Positions 45,113-60,300 of a stretch of DNA of 64,000 nt are shown piece by piece. The stretch is taken from the NCBI RefSeq assembly GCF_009914755.1, contig NC_060940.1; one strand, 5' to 3'. Within the stretch, counting starts at the first letter, position 1, and each line of letters begins with the position of its first letter. This stretch comes from the human T2T-CHM13v2.0 reference genome, Homo sapiens. The translations under genes and the position numbers were made by a program. Below the pieces are notes generated by a model. That model made no database searches. It was not told the origin of the DNA and saw nothing but the letters and a program-made list of their open reading frames with translations.

Positions 45113-48100
45113 CTATGGTTCCACAGGTTTCCATTCGTGTCCATTCCATTATTCCATTCTATTCCATTTGATGATGATTCCATTCGATTCCATTCATTGG
45201 TGATTCCACTCAATTCCATTCAATGATTCCATTCCATTTCTTTCAACAATGATTCCATTAGTTTCTAATCGATGATCCACTTGATTCCATTTGACGACGA
45301 TTCCATTCTTGTCCATTCGATGATTCCATTTGATTCCATATGATGATGATTCCATTCGATTCCATACCATGATGATTCCATTCGAGTCCATTCAATGGTG
45401 ATTCCATTCAATTCCATTCGATGATTCCTTTCGATTCCATTCAATGATGATGGCATTCGATTCCTTTCAATCATTCCCTTTGATTCCATTCAAAGGTGAT
45501 TTCATTCAAGTCCATTCGATAATTGCATTCGATTCCATTCTATGATGATTCCATTCGAGTCCATTTGATGATTCCATTCAATTCAAGTCAATGATGATTC
45601 CATTCAATTCCATTCGATGATTCCATTGGATTCCATTCGATGATGATTCCATTCAAATCCATTCGATAATTCAATTCAAGTCCATTCGATGATGATTCCA
45701 ATCGAATCCATTCAAAGATTCCATTCTGTTCCATTCGATGATTCCCTTAGATTCCATTCGATGATTCCACTTGATTGCATTTACGATGATTCCATTCGAT
45801 TCCATGTGATGATTCCATTCAATTCTATTCAATGATGTCTCCATTTGATTCCATTCGACCATGATTGCCTTTGATTCCATTCAATGATTCCATTCGGTTC
45901 CGTTTGATGATGATTCCGTTCGATTCCATTTGATGATTCCATTTGATTCCATTGGATGAGTCCATTCGATTACATTCGATGATTATTCCATTCGAGTGCA
46001 TTAGATGATTCCATTCGAGTCCATTCGATGATTCCATTCGATTCCATTCGATGTTGATTCTGTTCAAATCCATTCGATGATTCCACTCGATTCCATTCGT
46101 TGACTCCATTTGATCCCATTCGATGATTTCCTTTGATTCCCTTTGATGATCATTCCATTTGATTCAATTCGGTGATTTCATTTGATTCCATTCAGTGATG
46201 TTTCCATTCGACTCCATTCGATGATGATTCCATTCGACTCCATTCGATTATGATTTCATTCAATTCCATTCGATAATGATTCCCTTCGAGTCCATTCGAT
46301 GATTCCATTCGATTCCATTCAACGATGATTTGATTCGTGTCCATTCGATGATTCCATTTGATTCCACTTGACGATGATTCCATTCGAGTCCATTTGATGA
46401 TTCCATTCAATTCCATACTCCGATGATTTCTTTTGAGCCCACTCAATGCTTCCACTCGATTCCATATGATGATGACTCCATTCGATGAAATTCGATGATG
46501 ATTCCATTCGCTTGCTTTCGATGATGATTCCACTTGAGTCCGTTAGAAGATTCTATTCAATTACATTCCATGACGATTCCGTTCGAGTCCATTTGATGAT
46601 TCCATTAGACTCCATTCGACGATGATTCCATTCGATGTTATTCCATGATTCCATTCGATCTCATTCGATGATGATTCCATTCAACTCCATTCGATGTTTC
46701 CATTCGAGTTCATTCTATTATTCCATTAGATTCCATTCGATGATGATTCCATTCGATTCCATTTGATGATTGCATTCTATTTCATTTGATGATGATTCCA
46801 TTCGAGTCCACTCGATGATTCCATTCGAGTCCATTTAATGAATCCATTGGTTTCAATTCTATGATGATTACATTGGATTACATTCGTTGATGATTTCATT
46901 CGGTTCCATTCAATGATGATTCCATTCAATTCCTTTCAATGTTTCCATTCAATTCCATACGATGATGATTCCATTTGATTTGATTCGACAGTGAGCCATT
47001 CGATTCAATTCCATGATGATTCTATTTGATTCAATTGGTTGACATTTCCATTCGATTCCATTCGATGATGATTCCCTTTGATTCCGTTCAAAGATGATTC
47101 CATTCTAGCCCATTCATCATTCCATTCGATTCTATTCAATGATGATTCCATTCATGTCGATTTGGTGATTCCATTTGACTTCATTTGATGATGATTCCTT
47201 TCAAGTTCATTAGATGATTCCATTCGATTCCATTTGATGATGATCCCATTCGAGTCCATTCAGTGATTCCATTCGTTTCCATTCCATGATGATTCCATTC
47301 CTTTCCATTCAATGATTCCATTCGATTCCGTTTGATGATGATTTCATTCGAGTCCATTTGATGATTCCATTTGATTCCATTCGATGATGATTCCATTCGA
47401 GTCCATTCGATGATTCTATTCGAATCCATTTGATGATTTCTTTTGATTATTTTTGGTGATGATTCCATTGGAGTCCATTCAATGATTCCATTCTATTCCA
47501 ATCGATGATGATTCCATTAGAGTCCATTTAATGATTCCATTGGATTCCAGTCTCTGATGATTACATTCGAGTCCATACGATGATTCCACTCAATTCCATA
47601 TGATGATGATTCCATTTGATTCCATTCGGTGATTCCATTCTATTCTATTCAATGGTGATTCCATTCGAGTACATTAGATGATTCCATTCGATTCCATTCA
47701 ATGATGATTCTATTTGTGTCCCTTAGATGATTCCACATGATTCCATTACATGATGATACTATTTGAGCCCATCCAATGATTCCCTTCGATTCCATTCGAT
47801 GAGGATTCCATTCGATTCAATTCATTGGTGATTCTATTCAATTCAATTCTTTGATTCCATTCCATTCCATTCGACAATGATTCCATTCGATTTCTTTCGA
47901 TGATTCCACTCGATTCCACTTGACATTGATTCCATTCGATTCCATTCAATGATTCCATTTGATTCCAGTGGATGATGATTGCCATCGATTCCATTCGATC
48001 ACTCCATTCTATTCCATTTGATGATGATTACATTCGATTCCATTTGATGATTCCATCTGATTCTATTCGAGGATTCCATTTGATTCCATTCGATGATGAT

Positions 48101-51100
48101 TCCATTCGAGTCCATTTGATGATTTCATTCGAGTACATCCAATGATTCCATTCGAGTCCATTAGATGATTCCATTTGATTCCATTTGAAAATGATTCTAC
48201 TAGAGTCCATTCAATGACTCCATTCGAGTCCATTCAACAATTCCATTCGACTCCATTCGATGATTCCATTCGATTCCATTTGATGGTTCCATTCGAGTCC
48301 ATTTAATCATTACAGTCGAGTCCATTTGGTGATTCCAATGGATTTCTTTTGATAATGATACCATTCCATTACATTTGATGATGATCCCATTCAATTTCAT
48401 TTGATGATGATTCCATTAGAGTCCATTCGATGATTTCATTCGAGTCCCTTCATTGATTCCATCCGATTTCATTGGATGATGACTCCATTCGAGTCCATTC
48501 GATGATTCCACTCGATTCCATTAGATGACTCCATTGGAGTCCATTTGATTGTTCCATTCGATTCCATTCGATTCCTTTCGAAGATTATTCCATTTGAGTC
48601 CATTCGATGATGATTCCATTCCATTCCATTCGATGATTCCGTTTGATTCCATTCGATGATTCCCTTCGATTCCTTTCTTTGATGATTCCATTCCATTCCA
48701 TTCAATGATTCCATTCAAATCTATTCCATGATGATTCCTTTCGATTCCATTCGCTGATGTTTCCGTTCAATTCCATTCGATGATGATTCCATTCGATTCC
48801 ATTCATTGAGGATTCCATTTGATTCCATTCAATGATGATTCCATTCTATTCCATTCAATGATTGCATTCAATTCCATTCAATGATTATCCCATTAGAGTA
48901 AACTCAACGATTCCATTCAATACCATTCAATGATGATTCCTTTTGAGTCCATTCAATGATTTCATTCAAGTCCATTTGATGATTCCTTTCAATTCCATTC
49001 TATGATGATTCCATTCGAGTCCATTCGATGATTCCATTCGATTGCATTCGATGATTCCATTATATTCCATTCAACGGTGATTCCATTCGAGTCCATTCCA
49101 TGATTCCATTAGAGTACATTTAATGATTGCTTTGTTTTCAATTCGAAGATGATTACATTGGATTCCATTCTATGATACCATTCGATTCCATTCAATGATG
49201 ATTCCACTCAAATCCATTGGATGATTCCATTCGTGTCCATTCGGTGATTTCATTAGATTCCATTCGAGGATGATTCCATTCGATTCCATTCGATGATTCC
49301 ATTCAATTCCATTCGATGATGATTCCATTCCAGTCCATATGATCATTCCATTTGATTTCATTCGATGATGATTCCATTCAATTCGATTCGACGATTCCAT
49401 TCTATTCCATTCGATGATGATTCCATTCGAGTCCATTCGATGATTCCATTCGAGTCCATTTAATGATTCCATTGGGTTCAATTCAATGATGATTACATTG
49501 GATTCCGTTCTATGATTCCATTCAATTCCGTTCATTGACAATTTGATTCCATTCGATGATGATTCCATTTGAGTTCATTCGATGATTCTATTCGATTCTC
49601 TTCGATGGTGATTCAATTCTATTATATTGGATGATTCCATTCGATTCCATTTGATGTTGATTCAATTCGATTCTATTCGATGATGATTCCATTGGATTTC
49701 ACTTGATGATTCTATTCGATTCCATTCAATGATGATTCACTTCTCGTCCATTGGATGATTCCATTTCATTCCATTCGATGATGATTCCATTCGATTCCAT
49801 TCGATGATTCCATTTGATTCCATGCAACGGTGAGCAATTCGATTCAATTCCATGATGATTCTATTTGATTCAATTAGATGATGTTTCCATTCGAATCCAT
49901 TCCATGATTATTCCATTGGAATCCATTCGGCGATGATTCCATATGAGTCAATTCAATGATGATTCCATATGGGTCCGTTCGATGATAATTCCATTTGATT
50001 TCATTCGATGCTTCTATTCTATTCCAGTCGATGATGATTCCGTTGGAGTCCATACGATGATTCCATTTGATTTCATTTGATGATGATTCCATTCGATGAT
50101 GATTACATTGGATTCCATTCTATGATTCCATTCAATTCCATTCGTTGATGATTCGATTCCATTCAATGATGATTCCATTTGAGTTCATTCGATGATTCTA
50201 TTCGATTCCGTTCGATGGTGATTCAATTCTCTTATATTGGATGATTCCACTCGATTCCATTTGATGATTATTCCATTGGAGTCCACTTAGTGAATCCTTT
50301 AGATTCTACTCGAAGATGATTCCATTCGAGTCCATTCGATGGTACCATTCAATTCCATTCGTTGATGCTTCCATTCAAGTGCATTCGATGATATCATTCG
50401 ATTCCATTTGATGATAATTCCATTTGATTCCATGCGATGATTCTATTCGATTCCATTCAATGATAATTCCATTCAATTCAGTGATTCCTCTGGACTCCAT
50501 TTGATGATGATTCCATTCAATGATTCCATTCGATTCTATTCGAAAATGATTCCATTTGAATCCATTTGATGATGATTCCATTAGATTCCATTTGATGATT
50601 CTATTCGATTCCATTCGACGATGATTCCATTCGATTCCATTTGATGATTCCATTCTATTCTATTCGATGATGATTCCATTCGATTCCATTCGATGATGAT
50701 TGGATTCGATTCCATTTGATGATTTCATTTGATTCCATTCGATAATGATTTTGATCAATTCCATTCGATGATTCCATTCGATTCCATTCGATAATGATTA
50801 CATCCGAGTCCATTCGATGATTCCATTTGAGCCCGTTCGATAATTCCATTTGAGTCCAATCAATGATTGCATTCATTTCCATTCAATGATTCCATTCGAG
50901 TCCATTTGATCATTCCGGTAGGGTCCGTTCGATGTTGATTCCATTGGAGTGCATTCGATGATTCCATTCGAGTCCAATTTATGATTTGGTTCGAGTCCTT
51001 TCGATGATTCCATTCGATTCCACTCGATGATGATTTCATTCGAGTCCATTCGACACTTCCAATCGATTCCATTTGATGTTTCCTTTCGAGTCCAATTGAT

Positions 51101-51223
51101 GATTCCATTCAATTCCATTCGATGATGATTCCGTACGATTCCACTCTGTGATGATTCCAAGTGATTGCATTCAATGATGATTCCTTTCAATTGCATTCGA
51201 TTATGATTCATTTCGTGTTCATT
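45113..51223 (+). repeat. HOR unit U8, 6111 bp (B-type body, A-type tail)
   Basis: Landmark spacing; 1-bp deletion at ~47116 (cccattcatcatt); lacks the +10 insertion but has GGTACC at 50341. Confidence 0.92.
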
Positions 51224-54200
51224 CTATGGTTCCACAGGTTTCCATTCGTGTCCATTCCATTATTCCATTCTATTCCATTTGATGATGATTCCATTCGATT
51301 CCATTCATTGGTGATTCCACTCAATTCCATTCAATGATTCCATTCCATTTCTTTCAACAATGATTCCATTAGTTTCTAATCGATGATCCACTTGATTCCA
51401 TTTGACGACGATTCCATTCTTGTCCATTCGATGATTCCATTTGATTCCATATGATGATGATTCCATTCGATTCCATACCATGATGATTCCATTCGAGTCC
51501 ATTCAATGGTGATTCCATTCAATTCCATTCGATGATTCCTTTCGATTCCATTCAATGATGATGGCATTCGATTCCTTTCAATCATTCCCTTTGATTCCAT
51601 TCAAAGGTGATTTCATTCAAGTCCATTCGATAATTGCATTCGATTCCATTCTATGATGATTCCATTCGAGTCCATTTGATGATTCCATTCAATTCAAGTC
51701 AATGATGATTCCATTCAATTCCATTCGATGATTCCATTGGATTCCATTCGATGATGATTCCATTCAAATCCATTCGATAATTCAATTCAAGTCCATTCGA
51801 TGATGATTCCAATCGAATCCATTCAAAGATTCCATTCTGTTCCATTCGATGATTCCCTTAGATTCCATTCGATGATTCCACTTGATTGCATTTACGATGA
51901 TTCCATTCGATTCCATGTGATGATTCCATTCAATTCTATTCAATGATGTCTCCATTTGATTCCATTCGACCATGATTGCCTTTGATTCCATTCAATGATT
52001 CCATTCGGTTCCGTTTGATGATGATTCCGTTCGATTCCATTTGATGATTCCATTTGATTCCATTGGATGAGTCCATTCGATTCCATTCGATGATTATTCC
52101 ATTCGAGTGCATTAGATGATTCCATTCGAGTCCATTCGATGATTCCATTCGATTCCATTCGATGTTGATTCTGTTCAAATCCATTCGATGATTCCACTCG
52201 ATTCCATTCGTTGACTCCATTTGATCCCATTTGATGATTTCCTTTGATTCCCTTTGATGATCATTCCATTTGATTCAATTCGGTGATTTCATTTGATTCC
52301 ATTCAGTGATGTTTCCATTCGACTCCATTCGATGATGATTCCATTCGACTCCATTCGATTATGATTTCATTCAATTCCATTCGATAATGATTCCCTTCGA
52401 GTCCATTCGATGATTCCATTCGATTCCATTCAACGATGATTTGATTCGTGTCCATTCGATGATTCCATTTGATTCCACTTGACGATGATTCCATTCGAGT
52501 CCATTTGATGATTCCATTCAATTCCATACTCCGATGATTTCTTTTGAGCCCACTCAATGCTTCCACTCGATTCCATATGATGATGACTCCATTCGATGAA
52601 ATTCGATGATGATTCCATTCGCTTGCTTTCGATGATGATTCCACTTGAGTCCGTTAGAAGATTCTATTCAATTACATTCCATGACGATTCCGTTCGAGTC
52701 CATTTGATGATTCCATTAGACTCCATTCGACGATGATTCCATTCGATGTTATTCCATGATTCCATTCGATCTCATTCGATGATGATTCCATTCAACTCCA
52801 TTCGATGTTTCCATTCGAGTTCATTCTATTATTCCATTAGATTCCATTCGATGATGATTCCATTCGATTCCATTTGATGATTGCATTCTATTTCATTTGA
52901 TGATGATTCCATTCGAGTCCACTCGATGATTCCATTCGAGTCCATTTAATGAATCCATTGGTTTCAATTCTATGATGATTACATTGGATTACATTCGTTG
53001 ATGATTTCATTCGGTTCCATTCAATGATGATTCCATTCAATTCCTTTCAATGTTTCCATTCAATTCCATACGATGATGATTCCATTTGATTTGATTCGAC
53101 AGTGAGCCATTCGATTCAATTCCATGATGATTCTATTTGATTCAATTGGTTGACATTTCCATTCGATTCCATTCGATGATGATTCCCTTTGATTCCGTTC
53201 AAAGATGATTCCATTCTAGCCCATTCAATCATTCCATTCGATTCTATTCAATGATGATTCCATTCATGTCGATTTGGTGATTCCATTTGACTTCATTTGA
53301 TGATGATTCCTTTCAAGTTCATTAGATGATTCCATTCGATTCCATTTGATGATGATCCCATTCGAGTCCATTCAGTGATTCCATTCGTTTCCATTCCATG
53401 ATGATTCCATTCCTTTCCATTCAATGATTCCATTCGATTCCGTTTGATGATGATTTCATTCGAGTCCATTTGATGATTCCATTTGATTCCATTCGATGAT
53501 GATTCCATTCGAGTCCATTCGATGATTCTATTCGAATCCATTTGATGATTTCTTTTGATTATTTTTGGTGATGATTCCATTGGAGTCCATTCAATGATTC
53601 CATTCTATTCCAATCGATGATGATTCCATTAGAGTCCATTTAATGATTCCATTGGATTCCAGTCTCTGATGATTACATTCGAGTCCATACGATGATTCCA
53701 CTCAATTCCATATGATGATGATTCCATTTGATTCCATTCGGTGATTCCATTCTATTCTATTCAATGGTGATTCCATTCGAGTACATTAGATGATTCCATT
53801 CGATTCCATTCAATGATGATTCTATTTGTGTCCCTTAGATGATTCCACATGATTCCATTACATGATGATACTATTTGAGCCCATCCAATGATTCCCTTCG
53901 ATTCCATTCGATGAGGATTCCATTCGATTCAATTCATTGGTGATTCTATTCAATTCAATTCTTTGATTCCATTCCATTCCATTCGACAATGATTCCATTC
54001 GATTTCTTTCGATGATTCCACTCGATTCCACTTGACATTGATTCCATTCGATTCCATTCAATGATTCCATTTGATTCCAGTGGATGATGATTGCCATCGA
54101 TTCCATTCGATCACTCCATTCTATTCCATTTGATGATGATTACATTCGATTCCATTTGATGATTCCATCTGATTCTATTCGAGGATTCCATTTGATTCCA

Positions 54201-57200
54201 TTCGATGATGATTCCATTCGAGTCCATTTGATGATTTCATTCGAGTACATCCAATGATTCCATTCGAGTCCATTAGATGATTCCATTTGATTCCATTTGA
54301 AAATGATTCTACTAGAGTCCATTCAATGACTCCATTCGAGTCCATTCAACAATTCCATTCGACTCCATTCGATGATTCCATTCGATTCCATTTGATGGTT
54401 CCATTCGAGTCCATTTAATCATTACAGTCGAGTCCATTTGGTGATTCCAATGGATTTCTTTTGATAATGATACCATTCCATTACATTTGATGATGATCCC
54501 ATTCAATTTCATTTGATGATGATTCCATTAGAGTCCATTCGATGATTTCATTCGAGTCCCTTCATTGATTCCATCCGATTTCATTGGATGATGACTCCAT
54601 TCGAGTCCATTCGATGATTCCACTCGATTCCATTAGATGACTCCATTGGAGTCCATTTGATTGTTCCATTCGATTCCATTCGATTCCTTTCGAAGATTAT
54701 TCCATTTGAGTCCATTCGATGATGATTCCATTCCATTCCATTCGATGATTCCGTTTGATTCCATTCGATGATTCCCTTCGATTCCTTTCTTTGATGATTC
54801 CATTCCATTCCATTCAATGATTCCATTCGAATCTATTCCATGATGATTCCTTTCGATTCCATTCGCTGATGTTTCCGTTCAATTCCATTCGATGATGATT
54901 CCATTCGATTCCATTCATTGAGGATTCCATTTGATTCCATTCAATGATGATTCCATTCTATTCCATTCAATGATTGCATTCAATTCCATTCAATGATTAT
55001 CCCATTAGAGTAAACTCAACGATTCCATTCAATACCATTCAATGATGATTCCTTTTGAGTCCATTCAATGATTTCATTCAAGTCCATTTGATGATTCCTT
55101 TCAATTCCATTCTATGATGATTCCATTCGAGTCCATTCGATGATTCCATTCGATTGCATTCGATGATTCCATTATATTCCATTCAACGGTGATTCCATTC
55201 GAGTCCATTCCATGATTCCATTAGAGTACATTTAATGATTGCTTTGTTTTCAATTCGAAGATGATTACATTGGATTCCATTCTATGATACCATTCGATTC
55301 CATTCAATGATGATTCCACTCAAATCCATTGGATGATTCCATTCGTGTCCATTCGGTGATTTCATTAGATTCCATTCGAGGATGATTCCATTCGATTCCA
55401 TTCGATGATTCCATTCAATTCCATTCGATGATGATTCCATTCCAGTCCATATGATCATTCCATTTGATTTCATTCGATGATGATTCCATTCGATTCCTTT
55501 CGACGATTCCATTCTATTCCATTCGATGATGATTCCATTCGAGTCCATTCGATGATTCCATTCGAGTCCATTTAATGATTCCATTGGGTTCAATTCAATG
55601 ATGATTACATTGGATTCCGTTCTATGATTCCATTCAATTCCGTTCATTGACAATTTGATTCCATTCGATGATGATTCCATTTGAGTTCATTCGATGATTC
55701 TATTCGATTCTCTTCGATGGTGATTCAATTCTATTATATTGGATGATTCCATTCGATTCCATTTGATGTTGATTCAATTCGATTCTATTCGATGATGATT
55801 CCATTGGATTTCACTTGATGATTCTATTCGATTCCATTCAATGATGATTCACTTCTCGTCCATTGGATGATTCCATTTCATTCCATTCGATGATGATTCC
55901 ATTCGATTCCATTCGATGATTCCATTTGATTCCATGCGACGGTGAGCAATTCGATTCAATTCCATGATGATTCTATTTGATTCAATTAGATGATGTTTCC
56001 ATTCGAATCCATTCCATGATTATTCCATTGGAATCCATTCGGCGATGATTCCATATGAGTCAATTCAATCATGATTCCATATGGGTCCGTTCGATGATAA
56101 TTCCATTTGATTTCATTCGATGCTTCTATTCTATTCCAGTCGATGATGATTCCGTTGGAGTCCATACGATGATTCCATTTGATTTCATTTGATGATGATT
56201 CCATTCGATGATGATTACATTGGATTCCATTCTATGATTCCATTCAATTCCATTCGTTGATGATTCGATTCCATTCAATGATGATTCCATTTGAGTTCAT
56301 TCGATGATTCTATTCGATTCCGTTCGATGGTGATTCAATTCTATTATATTGGATGATTCCACTCGATTCCATTTGATGATTATTCCATTGGAGTCCACTT
56401 AGTGAATCCTTTAGATTCTACTCGACGATGATTCCATTCGAGTCCATTCGATGATACCATTCAATTCCATTCGTTGATGCTTCCATTCAAGTGCATTCGA
56501 TGATATCATTCGATTCCATTTGATGATAATTCCATTTGATTCCATGCGATGATTCTATTCGATTCCATTCAATGATAATTCCATTCAATTCAGTGATTCC
56601 TCTGGACTCCATTTGATGATGATTCCATTCAATGATTCCATTCGATTCTATTCGAAAATGATTCCATTTGAATCCATTTGATGATGATTCCATTAGATTC
56701 CATTTGATGATTCCATTCGATTCCATTCAACGATGATTCCATTCGATTCCGTTTGATGATTCCATTCTATTCTATTCGATGATGATTCCATTCGATTCCA
56801 TTCGATGATGATTGGATTCGATTCCATTGGATGATTTCATTTGATTCCATTCGTTAATGATTTCGATCAATTCCATTCGATGATTCCATTTGATTCCATT
56901 CGATAATGATTACATCCGAGTCCATTCGATGATTCCCTTTGAGCCTGTTCGATAATTCCATTTGAGTCCAACCAATGATTCCATTCATTTCCATTCAATG
57001 ATTCCATTCGAGTTCATTTGATCATTCCGGTAGGGTCCATTCGATGTTGATTCCATTGGAGTGCATTCGATGATTCCATTCGAGTCCATTTTAGGATTTG
57101 ATTCGAGTCCTTTCGATGATTCCATTCGATTCCACTCGATGATGATTTCATTCGAGTCCATTCGACACTTCCAATCGATTCCATTTGATGATTCCATTCG

Positions 57201-57335
57201 AGTCCAATTGATGATTCCATTCAATTCCTTTCGATGATGATTCCGTACGATTCCATTCTGTGATGATTCCATGTGATTGCATTCAATGATGATTCCTTTC
57301 GATTGCATTCGATTATGATTCATTTCGTGTTCATT
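51224..57335 (+). repeat. HOR unit U9, 6112 bp (B-type, base length)
   Basis: Landmark spacing of 6112; no GAATTC or GGTACC variant; ttttaggatttgattcgag tail as in U1 and U2. Confidence 0.93.
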
Positions 57336-60300
57336 CTATGGTTCCACAGGTTTCCATTCGTGTCCATTCCATTATTCCATTCTATTCCATTTGATGATGA
57401 TTCCATTCGATTCCATTCATTGGTGATTCCACTCAATTCCATTCAATGATTCCATTCCATTTCTTTCAACAATGATTCCATTAGTTTCTAATCGATGATC
57501 CACTTGATTCCATTTGACGACGATTCCATTCTTGTCCATTCGATGATTCCATTTGATTCCATATGATGATGATTCCATTCGATTCCATACCATGATGATT
57601 CCATTCGAGTCCATTCAATGGTGATTCCATTCAATTCCATTCGATGATTCCTTTTGATTCCATTCAATGATGATGGCATTCGATTCCTTTCAATCATTCC
57701 CTTTGATTCCATTCAAAGGTGATTTCATTCAAGTCCATTCGATAATTGCATTCGATTCCATTCTATGATGATTCCATTCGAGTCCATTTGATGATTCCAT
57801 TCAATTCAAGTCAATGATGATTCCATTCGATTCCATTCGATGATTCCATTGGATTCCATTCGATGATGATTCCATTCAAATCCATTCGATAATTCAATTC
57901 AAGTCCATTCGATGATGATTCCAATCGAATCCATTCAAAGATTCCATTCAGTTCCATTCGATGATTCCCTTAGATTCCATTCGATGATTCCACTTGATTG
58001 CATTTACGATGATTCCATTCGATTCCATGTGATGATTCCATTCAATTCTATTCAATGATGTCTCCATTTGATTCCATTCGACCATGATTGCCTTTGATTC
58101 CATTCAATGATTCCATTCGGTTCCGTTTGATGATGATTCCGTTCGATTCCATTTGATGATTCCATTGGATTCCATTGGATGAGTCCATTCGATTACATTC
58201 GATGATTATTCCATTCGAGTGCATTAGATGATTCCATTCGAGTCCATTCGATGATTCCATTCGATTCCATTCGATGTTGATTCTGTTCAAATCCATTCGA
58301 TGATTCCACTCGATTCCATTCGTTGACTCCATTTGATCCCATTCGATGATTTCCTTTGATTCCCTTTGATGATCATTCCATTTGATTCAATTCGGTGATT
58401 TCATTTGATTCCATTCAGTGATGTTTCCATTCGACTCCATTCGATGATGATTCCATTCGACTCCATTCGATTATGATTTCATTCAATTCCATTCGATAAT
58501 GATTCCCTTCGAGTCCATTCGATGATTCCATTCGATTCCATTCAACGATGATTTGATTCGTGTCCATTCGATGATTCCATTTGATTCCACTTGATGATGA
58601 TTCCATTCGAGTCCATTTGATGATTCCATTCAATTCCATACTCCGATGATTTCTTTTGAGCCCACTCAATGCTTCCACTCGATTCCATATGATGATGACT
58701 CCATTCGATGAAATTCGATGATGATTCCATTCGCTTGCTTTCGATGATGATTCCACTTGAGTCCGTTAGAAGATTCTATTCAATTACATTCCAGGACGAT
58801 TCCGTTCGAGTCCATTTGATGATTCCATTAGACTCCATTCGACGATGATTCCATTCGATGTTATTCGATGATTCCATTCGATCTCATTCGATGATGATTC
58901 CATTCAACTCCATTCGATGTTTCCATTCGAGTTCATTCTATTATTCCATTAGATTCCATTCGATGATGATTCCATTCGATTCCATTTGATGATTGCATTC
59001 TATTTCATTTGATGATGATTCCATTCGAGTCCACTCGATGATTCCATTCGAGTCCATTTAATGAATCCATTGGTTTCAATTCTATGATGATTACATTGGA
59101 TTCCATTCGTTGATGATTTCATTCGGTTCCATTCAATGATGATTCCATTCAATTCCTTTCAATGTTTCCATTCAATTCCATACGATGATGATTCCATTTG
59201 ATTTGATTCGACAGTGAGCCATTCGATTCAATTCCATGATGATTCTATTTGATTCAATTGGTTGACATTTCCATTCGATTCCATTCGATGATGATTCCCT
59301 TTGATTCCGTTCCAAGATGATTCCATTCTAGCCCATTCAATCATTCCATTCGATTCTATTCAATGATGATTCCATTCATGTCGATTTGGTGATTCCATTT
59401 GACTTCATTTGATGATGATTCCTTTCAAGTTCATTAGATGATTCCATTCGATTCCATTTGATGATGATCCCATTCGAGTCCATTCAGTGATTCCATTCGT
59501 TTCCATTCCATGATGATTCCATTCCTTTCCATTCAATGATTCCATTCGATTCCGTTTGATGATGATTTCATTCGAGTCCATTTGATGATTCCATTTGATT
59601 CCATTCGATGATGATTCCATTCGAGTCCATTCGATGATTCTATTCGAATCCATTTGATGATTTCTTTTGATTATATTTGGTGATGATTCCATTGGAGTCC
59701 ATTCAATGATTCCATTCTATTCCAATCGATGATGATTCCATTAGAGTCCATTTAATGATTCCATTTGATTCCAGTCTCTGATGATTACATTCGAGTCCAT
59801 ACGATGATTCCACTCAATTCCATATGATGATGATTCCATTTGATTCCATTCGGTGATTCCATTCTATTCTATTCAATGGTGATTCCATTCGAGTACATTA
59901 GATGATTCCATTCGATTCCATTCAATGATGATTCTATTTGTGTCCCTTAGATGATTCCACATGATTCCATTAGATGATGATACTATTTGAGCCCATCCAA
60001 TGATTCCCTTCGATTCCATTCGATGAGGATTCCATTCGATTCAATTCATTGGTGATTCTATTCAATTCAATTCTTTGATTCCATTCCATTCCATTCGACA
60101 ATGATTCCATTCGATTACTTTCGATGATTACACTCGATTCCACTTGACATTGATTCCATTCGATTCCATTCAATGATTCCATTTGATTCCAGTGGATGAT
60201 GATTGCCATCGATTCCATTCGATCACTCCATTCTATTCCATTTGATGATGATTACATTCGATTCCATTTGATGATTCCATCTGATTCTATTCGAGGATTC

